From positions 1-64,000 of the IMG/VR virus record IMGVR_UViG_3300026453_000533: 64,000 bases of DNA; one strand, written 5' to 3'. The notes beneath the pieces are model-generated. The model did not search any database and was not told the origin of the DNA. It was given only the letters and a program-made list of their open reading frames with translations. Positions 27,592 to 38,375 of the stretch are shown here, in pieces (position 1 is the first letter of the stretch; every line of letters starts with the position of its first letter). Made by a program: the position numbers and the translations under genes. Source of the DNA: an uncultured virus (IMG/VR IMGVR_UViG_3300026453_000533). Taxonomy: Duplodnaviria > Heunggongvirae > Uroviricota > Caudoviricetes.

Positions 27592-30500
27592 ATGGCTGAT
27601 GAAATAAACATACAGGGAGATCTATCCGGTGGTGACGCACGTAAAAAACAACTAGATGATATAAGAACTGCTGCAGAAAAAGCAGGGCAGGAAATAAATG
27701 CGTTATCTAAGGAATTCAAAGAACTTTCTAATCTAGCAGGTGCTAATAAGAATATCGGAGTAGATACCAGTAAGGTGAAGGTACTTACTAAATCTATGTC
27801 TGAGATAACAGTCTCTACTTTAAAGTCTTCTAAAGAAAGAAAAAAATTCGCTACTCAACTTCTAGCAGCAGAAAAAGAACAAGCAGGAACTGCAACGGTT
27901 ATTGAAAACCTTAGTAAGGAAATAAAAGAAAGAAAAAAAGAAGATTTAGCATTAGAAAAAGTAGCCGATATCCTTAGGAAAAAATCTAGAGATGAACAAC
28001 TAGAATTTGAAGAGAGAATTTCCAAGCATAAAGCCAAAGCAACCCAGCTAGAGATTGATGCTGATAAAATGCTTCAAAAAGCTATAGCATCTGGTAAAAA
28101 AGATGAAATAGCAAACGCAGAAAAAGCACATAGTAGTATGATGGCTAAATCTAAAGAAAACTATGATTTAGCAAAAAAATTAACTGCAGACGCCAAAACC
28201 AAAGAAACAGCAGCACAAAAGCTAATAAATAAAAAACAAGATTTAGTAAAAGAATCACAAGCAGAAACATCTGCTCTAGAAGGTCAAAAAAGAAGCGCTG
28301 AAGAAATCAATGCCGCCCAAGAAAAGCAAATAGGTAAAGCAAAGGAACTTCATGGCGAAATGCAAAAAATAGAAAAAGCAGGAGGTAGCGTACTTAAGTC
28401 TTTCTCAGAATTTGGTCAAAAAATAGGAGGTATGATACCTGTGTTTGGTCAATTATTTCAAACCGTATTTGGTGAATTAGCTGATGCTCAAAAAATGTTT
28501 GAAGATGCTGTAGCACAGGGTACTAGTAAAGCAGGAGCGAGGTATAAGGCACTAACCGGGACTATTAAAGCACTTACTATAGCAGCAGCAACTTCTTTTG
28601 CAAAAATGGCATTTGATGGTGCAAAAACATCTTCCGAAGCATTTAAAATAGTTAAGCAAGGAATAGGAGGAGGTCTTATTGATGCTAAAATTGCAATGCA
28701 AGCAGCAAGCGGAGCAGCTGCTAAAATGGGAATTCCTCTAGCAGAAGCATCTGGCTATATAGGTCAGATGAACTCTGCATTAGGTACATCATTAGGTTTC
28801 ACTAGCGAACAAGTAGCAACTTTCGGTAGACTTACTAGAAATATGGGTGTATCTAGTGGTGCCGCAACTAAGATATTTAAGATTGCTACTAAAACTGGAA
28901 TATCTTTTGAAGACATGGCAAAAAAGGTTGGTGGTATAACAACTAAGCTTAACGCTATGAACGGTACAGCCATCGCCCCTCAAGCTGTATTTGAAGAGAT
29001 GGGCAATGCGTCTAGTACGATCCTCCGTAATATGAAAGACAACCCAGATGCTTTAATAAAAGCAGCAGCTGGCGCCAGAGCCATGGGTATGGAAATGAAT
29101 AGAATAGCTGATGCAGCAGAATCTACATTAGATTTTGAGAATTCTATGCAAAAAGAAATGGAGGCTGAATTAATTCTCGGTAAGGAATTAAATTTAGATA
29201 AATTAAGAGCTGCAGCAGCAACAGGAGACCAAGTTGCAATTCAAGAAGAGCAGAAGCGTATCATAATGGAAAACGCAGATGCTGTAAAAGGTAACGTAAA
29301 AGCTCAAGAGATGTTAGCAGCATCTTTAGGAATGAGTAAAGAAGAACTGAATGGTATCTTAAACGCTACTGAAGATAATGTTAAGATGGCCAACAATGAT
29401 GCTGCTGCTGCCCAAGCAAATGCTGAGAATAAAAAGAAATCTGCTGAAGAATTAGGTCAACTGCAATTAAATACATTTAAAACACTAAACTCCTTATCAG
29501 ATAAATTAAATAAATTTACTGAAGATTTATCATTAGGAGCATTTAAATTTTTCAATCTTATTAGAGATGCATTTGATCCTAAAGATATAATGGGTTCACT
29601 AGGCAGAATAAAAGACCTAGTAATAAAGACATTTAAAGATGCATTTACCGGAGGTGATACAGTATTTAAAAATACGTTAGGCAAAGGAAGTATGTTAGGT
29701 ATGCTATTAGGAGCTGCCACAATGACAGGTGGAGCTTTAACCATAGGATTTAAAGGTCTTTCTGCAATAGGTGGTATTTTTAAGAAAATGAGAGGTACTC
29801 CTATGATGCCAATGTTTGTAAAAAACATAGGTGATAAGACCGCCGGAATACTCAGCAAATTCACTTCAATGTTTAAAAACAAAAAAGGAGGTGCTGCTGC
29901 TGCAGGTGGAGGAGGAATATTAAGCAAGCTAACATCAGTATTTAAGAAGAGAGGTTCTGGAGATTTAGTAAAATCTGCATCTTCTCCTTCCGGGTTTAGA
30001 GACAAAATGGGTAGATTTGCAAAGGCACCAGGTAAGTCCGCAGCAGGTGGAGGCGCCGCAGGAGGTGTTGGTGGAATGCTAAAGGGTATAGGAAAAGGAA
30101 TAGGCGATTTTGCTAAAGGAATAGGAAAAGGTATAAAAGGTATCCTTGAAGGTTTAGCTTTTGGTATAAAAGCATTTGGTTCTGGCCAGGTTCTTGCTGG
30201 TGCAGCAGTACTAGGAGCTGCTATTACATTAATTGGCGCCGGTATTGCAGGAGCTTCTTGGTTAATGGGTAAATCGTTACCAACATTGGCCAAAGGAATG
30301 GAATCAATTGCAGAATTAGACGGTTCTGCACTTATAAAAGCAGGAGCTGGAATGGCAGCAGTTGGACTTGGACTTACCGCTATGGCAGCAGGTACAGCAG
30401 CTCAAGCAGTAGGTGGACTAATGGGAGCTATTGGATCATTTTTCGGTGGTGACGGTATTGATGAAATGCTTAAAAAGGTAGAGAAGTTTGGAAAAAATTA

Positions 30501-32445
30501 TGACTTTGATGCCGGTAAAATAGAAAATAATGCCAAAGGAGTAGTAGCATATGCTCTTGCAATGGGAGCACTAGCAGTTGGAGCAGGTGCTGGCGCCGTA
30601 GCAGGATTAGCAAATCTAGGTAGCACACTCTTAGACGGACTTACAGCATCGCTAGGAGGAGGTCTACCTATGGATAAAGTACAAGCATTCGGTAAGTGGA
30701 ATTTAGACGCTGATAAGATAGAGAACAATGCCCGGGCAGTAGCTGGATACGCAGTAGGTATGGCAGCTTTAGCTGGCGGAGCAGCAGGCGGTGGAATTGC
30801 CAGTTTAGCTAACCTAGGCGGTGCACTCTTAGACGGACTTACATCTACACTAGGAGGTGATCTTCCAATGGATAAAGTACAGCAATTCGGTAAGTATAAC
30901 TTAGATGCTGATAAAGTTGAAAATAACGCTCGTGCAATAGCAGGTTATGCAAGAGGCATGGCTGCATTAGCAGGAGGATCAGCAGCATCTTCATTATCTT
31001 CTTTAGCTGGCCTGGGTGGCTCACTAGTAGATGGAATAGTAGCAGGAATAGGAGGCCCTCTTCCATTAGATAAAGTTTCTAAATTCCAAACATATAATTT
31101 CGATGCTGATAAAGTTAAAAATAATGCATCAGCATTAGCAAGTTATGCATTAGGTATGGCTGCTTTAGCAGGAGGAGCAGCAGCATCATCCGTAGCATCG
31201 CTAGCAGCTTTAAGTGGTTCAGTAGTAGACGGAATTGTAGCAGGAGTAGGAGGCCCTCTTCCATTAGATAAAGTAGATAAATTTCAAAAGTATAACTTCG
31301 ACCCTAAGAAAGTTAAAAATAATGCCTCTGCAATAGCTAGTTATGCAATCGGTATGGCTAAATTAGCAGGAGGTTCAGCTGCATCATCTGTAGCATCTTT
31401 ATCATCCATAGCAGGTAACCTTGCAGATGGATTAATGGCTGGGCTTGGAGGGCCTCTTCCATTAGATAAAGTTAAAATTTTCCAAGGATATGATTTTAAG
31501 AAAGATAAAATAAAAAATAATTCTGAAGCTATAAGTGAGTATGCCATAGCGATGGCTAAATTAGCATCATCAGAAGCAGGTGGATTTTTAGCTTCATTAG
31601 GAAAAGCAGCTGGTCAATTAGTTACTGGATTAGCTGAATCTATCGGTTTAGGAGGTATTCCTTACGATAAATTAAAAGAATTAGAAAATGCTGATTTAGA
31701 TGCTGAAAAAATAGGTAATAACGCAAAGGCTTTAACAGCTTATGCTTTAGCAATGGCATCACTTCAAGATGTGCCTAGCGGGTTCTTCAAGTCGTTAGGT
31801 AAGATGGGTAGTGAACTAGTTGACGGCATAACGGATGCCTTAGGAGGTACTAGCGGTATTCCTTACGAAGAAATGAATGCATTTGCTAATGCTAAACTAG
31901 AAACAAAAAAAATAATTTCTAACGCTGAAGCATTACAAGCATTTGGTACGGCAATGACTTCTTTAGGTACTTTTGATAATGATACTGATAAGTTCTACGA
32001 CGGTATTGAAGATTTAGGGAACGGTATAGATGCTTTTAATAAACTTGAAGATATAGATACTAATAAAATTGAATCTTTAAGAACATCAATGCTGGCAATA
32101 AAAGATGCTACTTCTATAGATTTATCTAATGCAAAGAGTATATTAGAGGATCTTGGATCATTTGCTAAAACAGTAGGTAAAGGGGTAATAAAGGTAGATA
32201 TAGCAGCTAAAACAATATTTAGTGAAGAGCTAGAAGGATTAACATCTACGATAGATAGCTCATCAAACAGAGAATTAGAAGAGCTTAAAAAAATAAATCA
32301 AGAACAATCTAAAGAACATAGGAAAGAAATGAAAGAATTAAGAAGACAAACATTCTTACTTGCCGAAGCTTTAGGAGATAGAAAAGACACTGTAATACAG
32401 ATGGATGGATTCCAAGTAGGTAAAGCTTTAGGGTCCCGATACTAA
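27592..32445 (+). CDS. Tape measure protein
   Basis: 1617 aa, Ala/Gly/Lys-rich helical, ~60-aa repeats; follows the chaperone; TATTTATA at 27568. Confidence 0.9.
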   Translation: MADEINIQGDLSGGDARKKQLDDIRTAAEKAGQEINALSKEFKELSNLAGANKNIGVDTSKVKVLTKSMSEITVSTLKSSKERKKFATQLLAAEKEQAGTATVIENLSKEIKERKKEDLALEKVADILRKKSRDEQLEFEERISKHKAKATQLEIDADKMLQKAIASGKKDEIANAEKAHSSMMAKSKENYDLAKKLTADAKTKETAAQKLINKKQDLVKESQAETSALEGQKRSAEEINAAQEKQIGKAKELHGEMQKIEKAGGSVLKSFSEFGQKIGGMIPVFGQLFQTVFGELADAQKMFEDAVAQGTSKAGARYKALTGTIKALTIAAATSFAKMAFDGAKTSSEAFKIVKQGIGGGLIDAKIAMQAASGAAAKMGIPLAEASGYIGQMNSALGTSLGFTSEQVATFGRLTRNMGVSSGAATKIFKIATKTGISFEDMAKKVGGITTKLNAMNGTAIAPQAVFEEMGNASSTILRNMKDNPDALIKAAAGARAMGMEMNRIADAAESTLDFENSMQKEMEAELILGKELNLDKLRAAAATGDQVAIQEEQKRIIMENADAVKGNVKAQEMLAASLGMSKEELNGILNATEDNVKMANNDAAAAQANAENKKKSAEELGQLQLNTFKTLNSLSDKLNKFTEDLSLGAFKFFNLIRDAFDPKDIMGSLGRIKDLVIKTFKDAFTGGDTVFKNTLGKGSMLGMLLGAATMTGGALTIGFKGLSAIGGIFKKMRGTPMMPMFVKNIGDKTAGILSKFTSMFKNKKGGAAAAGGGGILSKLTSVFKKRGSGDLVKSASSPSGFRDKMGRFAKAPGKSAAGGGAAGGVGGMLKGIGKGIGDFAKGIGKGIKGILEGLAFGIKAFGSGQVLAGAAVLGAAITLIGAGIAGASWLMGKSLPTLAKGMESIAELDGSALIKAGAGMAAVGLGLTAMAAGTAAQAVGGLMGAIGSFFGGDGIDEMLKKVEKFGKNYDFDAGKIENNAKGVVAYALAMGALAVGAGAGAVAGLANLGSTLLDGLTASLGGGLPMDKVQAFGKWNLDADKIENNARAVAGYAVGMAALAGGAAGGGIASLANLGGALLDGLTSTLGGDLPMDKVQQFGKYNLDADKVENNARAIAGYARGMAALAGGSAASSLSSLAGLGGSLVDGIVAGIGGPLPLDKVSKFQTYNFDADKVKNNASALASYALGMAALAGGAAASSVASLAALSGSVVDGIVAGVGGPLPLDKVDKFQKYNFDPKKVKNNASAIASYAIGMAKLAGGSAASSVASLSSIAGNLADGLMAGLGGPLPLDKVKIFQGYDFKKDKIKNNSEAISEYAIAMAKLASSEAGGFLASLGKAAGQLVTGLAESIGLGGIPYDKLKELENADLDAEKIGNNAKALTAYALAMASLQDVPSGFFKSLGKMGSELVDGITDALGGTSGIPYEEMNAFANAKLETKKIISNAEALQAFGTAMTSLGTFDNDTDKFYDGIEDLGNGIDAFNKLEDIDTNKIESLRTSMLAIKDATSIDLSNAKSILEDLGSFAKTVGKGVIKVDIAAKTIFSEELEGLTSTIDSSSNRELEELKKINQEQSKEHRKEMKELRRQTFLLAEALGDRKDTVIQMDGFQVGKALGSRY

Positions 32446-32490
32446 ATAACTAGATATTTATAATTATATTAAACAATTAAATTAACAATT

Positions 32491-32679
32491 ATGGCACTTA
32501 TTGATTCATTAAACTCAACAAACTTAGGATTAAACGGCGAAACCCCACCTAATAGAGAAGGAGCATCAGCAGATACTTCTAAAGTACATGTAAACGGTGA
32601 AACTCAAACAGCAGATCATTCTGTATTGGATTTAGACGGAGCAGTACCAACTAAATACATGGATAACCCTCCACAGTAA
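32491..32679 (+). CDS. Small hypothetical virion protein
   Basis: Preceded by TATTTATA at 32455; LDL.G..P.KY.DN.P. Confidence 0.6.
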   Translation: MALIDSLNSTNLGLNGETPPNREGASADTSKVHVNGETQTADHSVLDLDGAVPTKYMDNPPQ

Positions 32680-32680
32680 T

Positions 32681-33907
32681 ATGGCTTTAGTAGATCTAAA
32701 AACAGATCTAAAGTCTTTAAAATTTGAGAGCGGGCTGAATAGGAAGCCTTTTGTCGTTAAAGATGTAGATCAACGAGGCGGACGAAATAACGCTTTTGAT
32801 GTTATCGGTATACAAGCAGCTAAGAGATTAGATGATGTTGTCCGAATGGCAAAACTCGTTGTGGCTAAACCTGGCTTAGCACATGCTGCTAAACAGGCAC
32901 TACATACTACTATTTCTGCAGCCGAAACAGGTAAGTTATATGATAACGCAGAAAAAGATGTTCTAAGAAACGCAAAAGATATTCTTGCCACCGCAGTTAC
33001 TAATACAGCACAAACAGCAGTTAACGGCTTAGGTATACATACATTTAAAGGATTACTGGAGACAGATGGAGATGATCGTCAGTATTTAACTTCTATTGAT
33101 GAAGTTGTAAAAAAGAAAATGAGAAGCCCATCTCACTCAACTCAAATATCTCAAGGAGTAAAGAAGTCAAAAAAGCTAAAAGTAGGAGATGAAGAAGCAA
33201 AAAAATTCGGCAAAATAGACTACCTAGAAAAACCAAATAACTCAAATGCATACGATAAAGTTAATTATAACGAAGGAGAAATAGACGAATCAAGTGATAT
33301 TATACCATTTGGATTTCGAATTATAGGTGGTGATAGTATGCAATTTAGAGCTTATCTTTCATCACTTAGTGATTCCTATTCAGGTCAATGGAATAAAACA
33401 CAAATGTTAGGCAGGCCTGAAAATTTTAAAAGTTATAACGGATTCGAAAGAAATATAAATTTAGGTTTTAAAATCGCAGCTGAAACTAGAAAGGATTTAC
33501 TTCCTCTATATAGAAAACTTAATAGATTAGCCTCAACGACAGCACCAACTTTTGACAATTCAGGTGTCTTTATGAGAGGAACTCTAGTTAAAGTTAGAGT
33601 TGGGGATTACTTGCATAATCAAACATGTAACGTAGAAAGTGTAGCTTTTTCATGGGCTATAGAGTACCCATGGGAAGTAAAATTGCGAGGCGATAAAGAA
33701 GGTGATGTTCAAATACTCCCTCACGTATTAGATGTAAGTATGACATTAGGCGCTATTCATAATTTTGTACCAACAACAGGCGATACACCGTTTATAGGAT
33801 ATCACGATTGGGATGAAGAGAAAAAAGCACCAGGTCCAGATTCTTTATTTCAAAAGGCACCGGCATTAAACCCGGATCGAATTAATAACCCGTGGAAGGA
33901 TTCGTAA
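32681..33907 (+). CDS. Baseplate/tail-tube initiator-like protein
   Basis: FRAYL.S.SD.Y...W.....GR.E....Y.G.ER; position after the tape measure. Confidence 0.55.
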   Translation: MALVDLKTDLKSLKFESGLNRKPFVVKDVDQRGGRNNAFDVIGIQAAKRLDDVVRMAKLVVAKPGLAHAAKQALHTTISAAETGKLYDNAEKDVLRNAKDILATAVTNTAQTAVNGLGIHTFKGLLETDGDDRQYLTSIDEVVKKKMRSPSHSTQISQGVKKSKKLKVGDEEAKKFGKIDYLEKPNNSNAYDKVNYNEGEIDESSDIIPFGFRIIGGDSMQFRAYLSSLSDSYSGQWNKTQMLGRPENFKSYNGFERNINLGFKIAAETRKDLLPLYRKLNRLASTTAPTFDNSGVFMRGTLVKVRVGDYLHNQTCNVESVAFSWAIEYPWEVKLRGDKEGDVQILPHVLDVSMTLGAIHNFVPTTGDTPFIGYHDWDEEKKAPGPDSLFQKAPALNPDRINNPWKDS

Positions 33908-33910
33908 TAT

Positions 33911-34216
33911 ATGAACAGGTATAACAAAATAAAAACCTCTAATACAGAAACAGGTAGAAGGTATGTATTTAACGCTGTATATCCCGATATTCCTGCTACT
34001 GCTGATGACACATATGTAATCGCCACAGGAGGAGATAGGTACGATACCCTAGCACAACAGTTTTACGGAGATAAATCACTATGGTGGATCATCTCTACAG
34101 CAAACCCAGGCACTAACACAGATTCCTTATCTGCTAAACCTGGACTTCAATTAAGAATACCAGCTAACCCTCAAACTGTAATAGATAGATACAATAAGTT
34201 AAATGAAATTAGATAG
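33911..34216 (+). CDS. LysM-like baseplate protein (tail X/gp53-like)
   Basis: GDRYDTLAQQFYGD..LWWII..AN...G.QLRIP. Confidence 0.8.
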   Translation: MNRYNKIKTSNTETGRRYVFNAVYPDIPATADDTYVIATGGDRYDTLAQQFYGDKSLWWIISTANPGTNTDSLSAKPGLQLRIPANPQTVIDRYNKLNEIR

Positions 34217-34218
34217 TT

Positions 34219-36447
34219 ATGGCAAAAGAAGGAGTATTTTTTGAAAGACCTCTACCGTCATTATCTACTTTAGACGTAAGTGTTAGAGAGCAATTAGAAG
34301 TAAGAGAAAAACTTTACGCAAAAGACTTAACATATACAGGAGACGGAGATTTCCTGACACAGTATTTGAATGCAAATAATTCCTTTGTAAAATTAACATC
34401 AGGTATAGAAGTAAAAGATGTTCCTAATGCTGCTCATAACAATATACTTTTAGGAGGGGTTTTATATAAAGGTAAGAGTAAGAGAGCAGGATTGAACGAT
34501 AACCCATTCATAAGCGAGAACAATTCAGGAGCGTATAACTTTGCCCATGGAGTATCAGGAGAAGTAAAAGATAAACCTGCAGAAGGGTACGTCCCAATGC
34601 CCGGTATAGTAGACTTTAGTGTTAAGAACACAGGTAATAGTGGCTTTACACGTAACGTTTCTATAAAAGTAAAATGCTTTAGTTTAGAACAACTTTCTAT
34701 ACTCGAAAAATTATACTTAAGACCCGGTTTCAAATGTTTAGTAGAATGGGGTCATGTTATTTACGGTACAGGTAATAAATCAAAACTAGATGACAAAAAA
34801 GTATACAACCCAGAAACTATATTTTCAGATGAAGTACCGTCTGGTGATGATTTAAAAGAAGAAAAAATAAAAGAAAAAGGCAGTGAGCTTATAAAGTCAT
34901 CACAGAACAATTATGATTATATGCTTGGCATGATAAAGAATTATAATTGGAGTGCCGAAAAAGATGGGTATACAGTTGATATACAACTTTTAGGTAAAGG
35001 GGCTGTATCTACATTTATCAAGAAAGTTTATGGAGGTACAGAACACGAAGACGGTACTAAACTTGACCCAGGTGTAGAATTTGAAAGTACCCCTGAGAGT
35101 TCTTTCGGTGGGATCTTAAAGAGGATATCACAAGCTGATACTAAAGGTAAACAAGAAAACACAGATGAAAATAATATCGTAGAAGAATGCGATATGGGAC
35201 CTATCAACTCTGGACTTGAAAAATATAAAACTCAAATGGATGGAATAACTGAACTATTATCCACAGAAGGAGATAGTTTTGAATTCAAAGTCTATAGAGC
35301 AGGTTTTGCTGATGTAAATAAAGAAGCAGGTAATAAAAATTTCAATTACATTAGTATGAGATTCTTCTTAGGGATGATAAACTACTTCTTCCTACCCCGT
35401 CCCTCCTCAGGAACTATAGTACCCGAAGGTAAGTTTAATACAACACCTGAACAGGATTTCTACTTAACCTACGATAATCATTTTAGCATAGATCCATATA
35501 TCTGCTTACTTCCCCAACAGACGGGTGATTTTGGATTAAAAACCACTACCATTAAAGGTTTCAGTAAAGATAAAAAGACAGCTGCTGATATATTAGATAT
35601 ACAGTTATGTACTGATTTCTTATATCAAGACTATAAAAAAGTAGTAGAGCCATCTGGAAAAAATAATGAATCACAAAAAAGTATTGGAGAATATTTGAAT
35701 ATCATTTTAGATAAGGTAACTGCAAGTTTAGGAGGAATAAATGAATTTGTACTCTATAATGATTTTTACCTAAAAAAAGAATTAGGACCTAGTAGGGTAA
35801 TAGATTTACAAGTACTGCCAAGACCTGAAGGACAACCAGAAACATATAAAATGATAACACCAAGAGGTAAAGCCTCATTTGTAACAGATTTCTCTTTTAA
35901 AAGTGAACTTTCCAATTCGATGATTAACTTAATAACAAGCCAAGCAATCATATCAGGGGCATCTGCAGGAAAGATGGCTTCAACAGGTTTAGCTGCATTT
36001 AATAAAGGAGTATCATCTAGATTTGAAGATGAGAAAGGAGAAGAAATAACTGAGTATGCTCAAAAAAGAGCGAAAGCAGAAGCTGAGACAAAAGCAACAG
36101 TGGAAGGTGCGTTTAAGGAGTTATATTCTAAGTTTAAATATGATGAAACCAAGGTTACAGAAGCATACGCAAACGGTACTTCAATTATTAGGAAAGCGTT
36201 AAACGATACCTTAAAGGAGACTAAACCTAAAAGGGGCCATATCGGTGCTAAAGTATCTTTGACTATGATAGGAATTGGAGGTTTGAAATCTCTTCAGTAT
36301 TTTACATTACCTGATCAAATATTACCTTCTGCTTACTCCGATAAAATAAAAGTTGGATTTCAAATAAGCAATGTTTCCCACCAAATATCAAATAACGTGT
36401 GGTACACGACTATAGAAGCTAACGCAATAATACTATCACAAGAATAA
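34219..36447 (+). CDS. Putative baseplate hub protein
   Basis: PMPGI, LYLRPG...LVEWG, C-terminal FQI.NVSHQI....W.TTIE; context. Confidence 0.55.
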   Translation: MAKEGVFFERPLPSLSTLDVSVREQLEVREKLYAKDLTYTGDGDFLTQYLNANNSFVKLTSGIEVKDVPNAAHNNILLGGVLYKGKSKRAGLNDNPFISENNSGAYNFAHGVSGEVKDKPAEGYVPMPGIVDFSVKNTGNSGFTRNVSIKVKCFSLEQLSILEKLYLRPGFKCLVEWGHVIYGTGNKSKLDDKKVYNPETIFSDEVPSGDDLKEEKIKEKGSELIKSSQNNYDYMLGMIKNYNWSAEKDGYTVDIQLLGKGAVSTFIKKVYGGTEHEDGTKLDPGVEFESTPESSFGGILKRISQADTKGKQENTDENNIVEECDMGPINSGLEKYKTQMDGITELLSTEGDSFEFKVYRAGFADVNKEAGNKNFNYISMRFFLGMINYFFLPRPSSGTIVPEGKFNTTPEQDFYLTYDNHFSIDPYICLLPQQTGDFGLKTTTIKGFSKDKKTAADILDIQLCTDFLYQDYKKVVEPSGKNNESQKSIGEYLNIILDKVTASLGGINEFVLYNDFYLKKELGPSRVIDLQVLPRPEGQPETYKMITPRGKASFVTDFSFKSELSNSMINLITSQAIISGASAGKMASTGLAAFNKGVSSRFEDEKGEEITEYAQKRAKAEAETKATVEGAFKELYSKFKYDETKVTEAYANGTSIIRKALNDTLKETKPKRGHIGAKVSLTMIGIGGLKSLQYFTLPDQILPSAYSDKIKVGFQISNVSHQISNNVWYTTIEANAIILSQE

Positions 36448-36450
36448 AAA

Positions 36451-36984
36451 ATGTATTTACCTAAATCAAAATATAAAGGACCTTTTACAGCCGCCGATGG
36501 AGCGAAAAAAGTGCTTGTGCTTGATACTAAAGAAATTTATAAAGGAAAGTACTTTGTTACATATAAGGATGAATTATATGAAGGAAGGTTCCCTAAAGAA
36601 GCAGGACGTCAATTAATTTTTGAAAGTGTACTACTGAAGAAAGAAAAAGAAAGTAGTAGAGAATTAAAACCACAACCTAGTTTAGTAATACCTACTGAAA
36701 AAGATTACGAAAGTAAAAAATTTAAAAGGTATTTCTCAAGAGATAAACGCTCTGGTAAGATTATAGAGCTAAACCGTAAAGAATTTAACAATTTAAAAAA
36801 GTACCCTTCGTATATGGGGTTGGAATTGGAATGGTGGATAGAAGGTCCTGTTGAAGATACACTCTATAACAACTATCTGTATAAAGGAGCCGCTACTAGA
36901 AACAGAGAAACTATAAATAAACATAAAAAAGCATTCAAAGGAATAGAAGAATACTTATTTGCTTTAGATGAGTTTGTAGTTTAA
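36451..36984 (+). CDS. Hypothetical protein (baseplate region)
   Basis: MYLPKS start; Lys-rich; coupled to the upstream gene. Confidence 0.6.
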   Translation: MYLPKSKYKGPFTAADGAKKVLVLDTKEIYKGKYFVTYKDELYEGRFPKEAGRQLIFESVLLKKEKESSRELKPQPSLVIPTEKDYESKKFKRYFSRDKRSGKIIELNRKEFNNLKKYPSYMGLELEWWIEGPVEDTLYNNYLYKGAATRNRETINKHKKAFKGIEEYLFALDEFVV

Positions 36985-37001
36985 AATATTTTTCTTATAT
37001 T
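36974..37001 (+). promoter_or_regulatory. TTG-N19-TATATT promoter
   Basis: Upstream of the polymerase gene. Confidence 0.6.
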
Positions 37002-37027
37002 ATATTTAACTAAAAGGTTACAGTTAA

Positions 37028-38353
37028 GTGTTTTATATAATAGAAAAAAATAATAGCTTAGATGCTATAGAGAAGTTAATTAGGTTAGGATGCTATGTAG
37101 ATATAATACCCACTAATTTCAACTACCACCCAAAACTTACTTCAACTGTAGCAGTATACATAAAATTACTACATTCAGATAAAGGCTATATAATTCCAAT
37201 TAACCATGATGAAGGTATCAATGTTGATAAAGAACGTGTCTACAGTATATTATCTTCTACAGAGAAACTGTATACATTAAATAAAAAAGAACTTCTATAC
37301 CACTTTAATCTACAGGGTGCAATAGACCTTTCACTTCTATATTCAATGAGTAAATATGACAAATTAGAATATAGTAGATTGAATAAATTAATTAACCCTT
37401 TTTACAGTAGGTATAACGATATTGCAAATATAAATCAAATAATACCTCTAAGTAAACTATACGAAGTATCAGAGAATATCTACAGCTCAATAAAAGAAGT
37501 AATAGATTATGAGATACCAAATGGATTTGATTTTTATAATAAAACTGCTACTAACGTATTCTTTTTATTAGAACAATCAGGGGTAGGTATTAAATACGAT
37601 GCTTTTAATTCTATATTTAAACCAAAAAATACGCTATATAATACATTAGACAATAAAGTTTTAACTCAATATAATTTATACAATACAACCTCAAGACCGA
37701 CTAATTCATTTAATAGTGTTAACTTTGCAGCTATACCTCACACGGAAGAACATAGAAAATGTTTTACCCCAGCTAACGATTATTTTGTAGAATTTGACTT
37801 TGACGGATACCACTTAAGGTTACTAGCAGAGCAAATAGAATATGCACTAACATCAGACTCGGCTCATAAACAGCTAGCAAGATTATACTTTAACAAAAAA
37901 GAAATTACAGATGACGAATACAAAGAAGCAAAACAAATTAACTTTCACGCAATTTATGGAAAAATCCCAGAAAAGTACTCTTTCCTTGAAATCTTTACAA
38001 GAATTGATGATTATATCAAAGAGTTATGGAAACGATACAAAGATGACGGAGAAGTCCTGGCACCAATTAGTGGAAAACCTTTCACAGCATCTTTAAAAGC
38101 AATGAACCCACAGAAGTTAATGAATTATGTAATGCAATCATTAGAAACTTCTAGAAACATAGTAGTATTAAAAAAATTACTAAAATATTTACAGACTAAA
38201 AAAACAACTATAAGTCTATACACGTACGATTCTATTATTATGGATTTTGACAAAGAGGACGGTAAGGATACACTAGAAAACATTAAATCTATAATGGAAG
38301 AAGGTGGCAAATACCCAGTATCTTTTAAGTACAGTAAAGATTTAAGTTTATGA
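37028..38353 (+). CDS. polA: Compact family-A DNA polymerase
   Basis: TSRP.N...NF.AIP, motif A EFDFDGYHLRLLA, motif B AKQINFHAIYG, NYVMQS, motif C YTYDSII. Confidence 0.85.
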   Translation: MFYIIEKNNSLDAIEKLIRLGCYVDIIPTNFNYHPKLTSTVAVYIKLLHSDKGYIIPINHDEGINVDKERVYSILSSTEKLYTLNKKELLYHFNLQGAIDLSLLYSMSKYDKLEYSRLNKLINPFYSRYNDIANINQIIPLSKLYEVSENIYSSIKEVIDYEIPNGFDFYNKTATNVFFLLEQSGVGIKYDAFNSIFKPKNTLYNTLDNKVLTQYNLYNTTSRPTNSFNSVNFAAIPHTEEHRKCFTPANDYFVEFDFDGYHLRLLAEQIEYALTSDSAHKQLARLYFNKKEITDDEYKEAKQINFHAIYGKIPEKYSFLEIFTRIDDYIKELWKRYKDDGEVLAPISGKPFTASLKAMNPQKLMNYVMQSLETSRNIVVLKKLLKYLQTKKTTISLYTYDSIIMDFDKEDGKDTLENIKSIMEEGGKYPVSFKYSKDLSL

Positions 38354-38375
38354 TAATAACTTATATTTATATAAA

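Noticed and set aside
29457..30293. 278-aa minus-strand ORF, and the other minus-strand ORFs in the track
   Set aside because: All are antisense shadows of well-supported + strand genes. The Pro/Ala-rich translation mirrors Gly/Ala codons, and no motifs or initiation context are present.
35177..35190. Other TCGTAG occurrences as further riboswitch copies (also near 494 and 1387)
   Set aside because: Inside coding sequence and lacking the flanking stem and AAAAAC tail.
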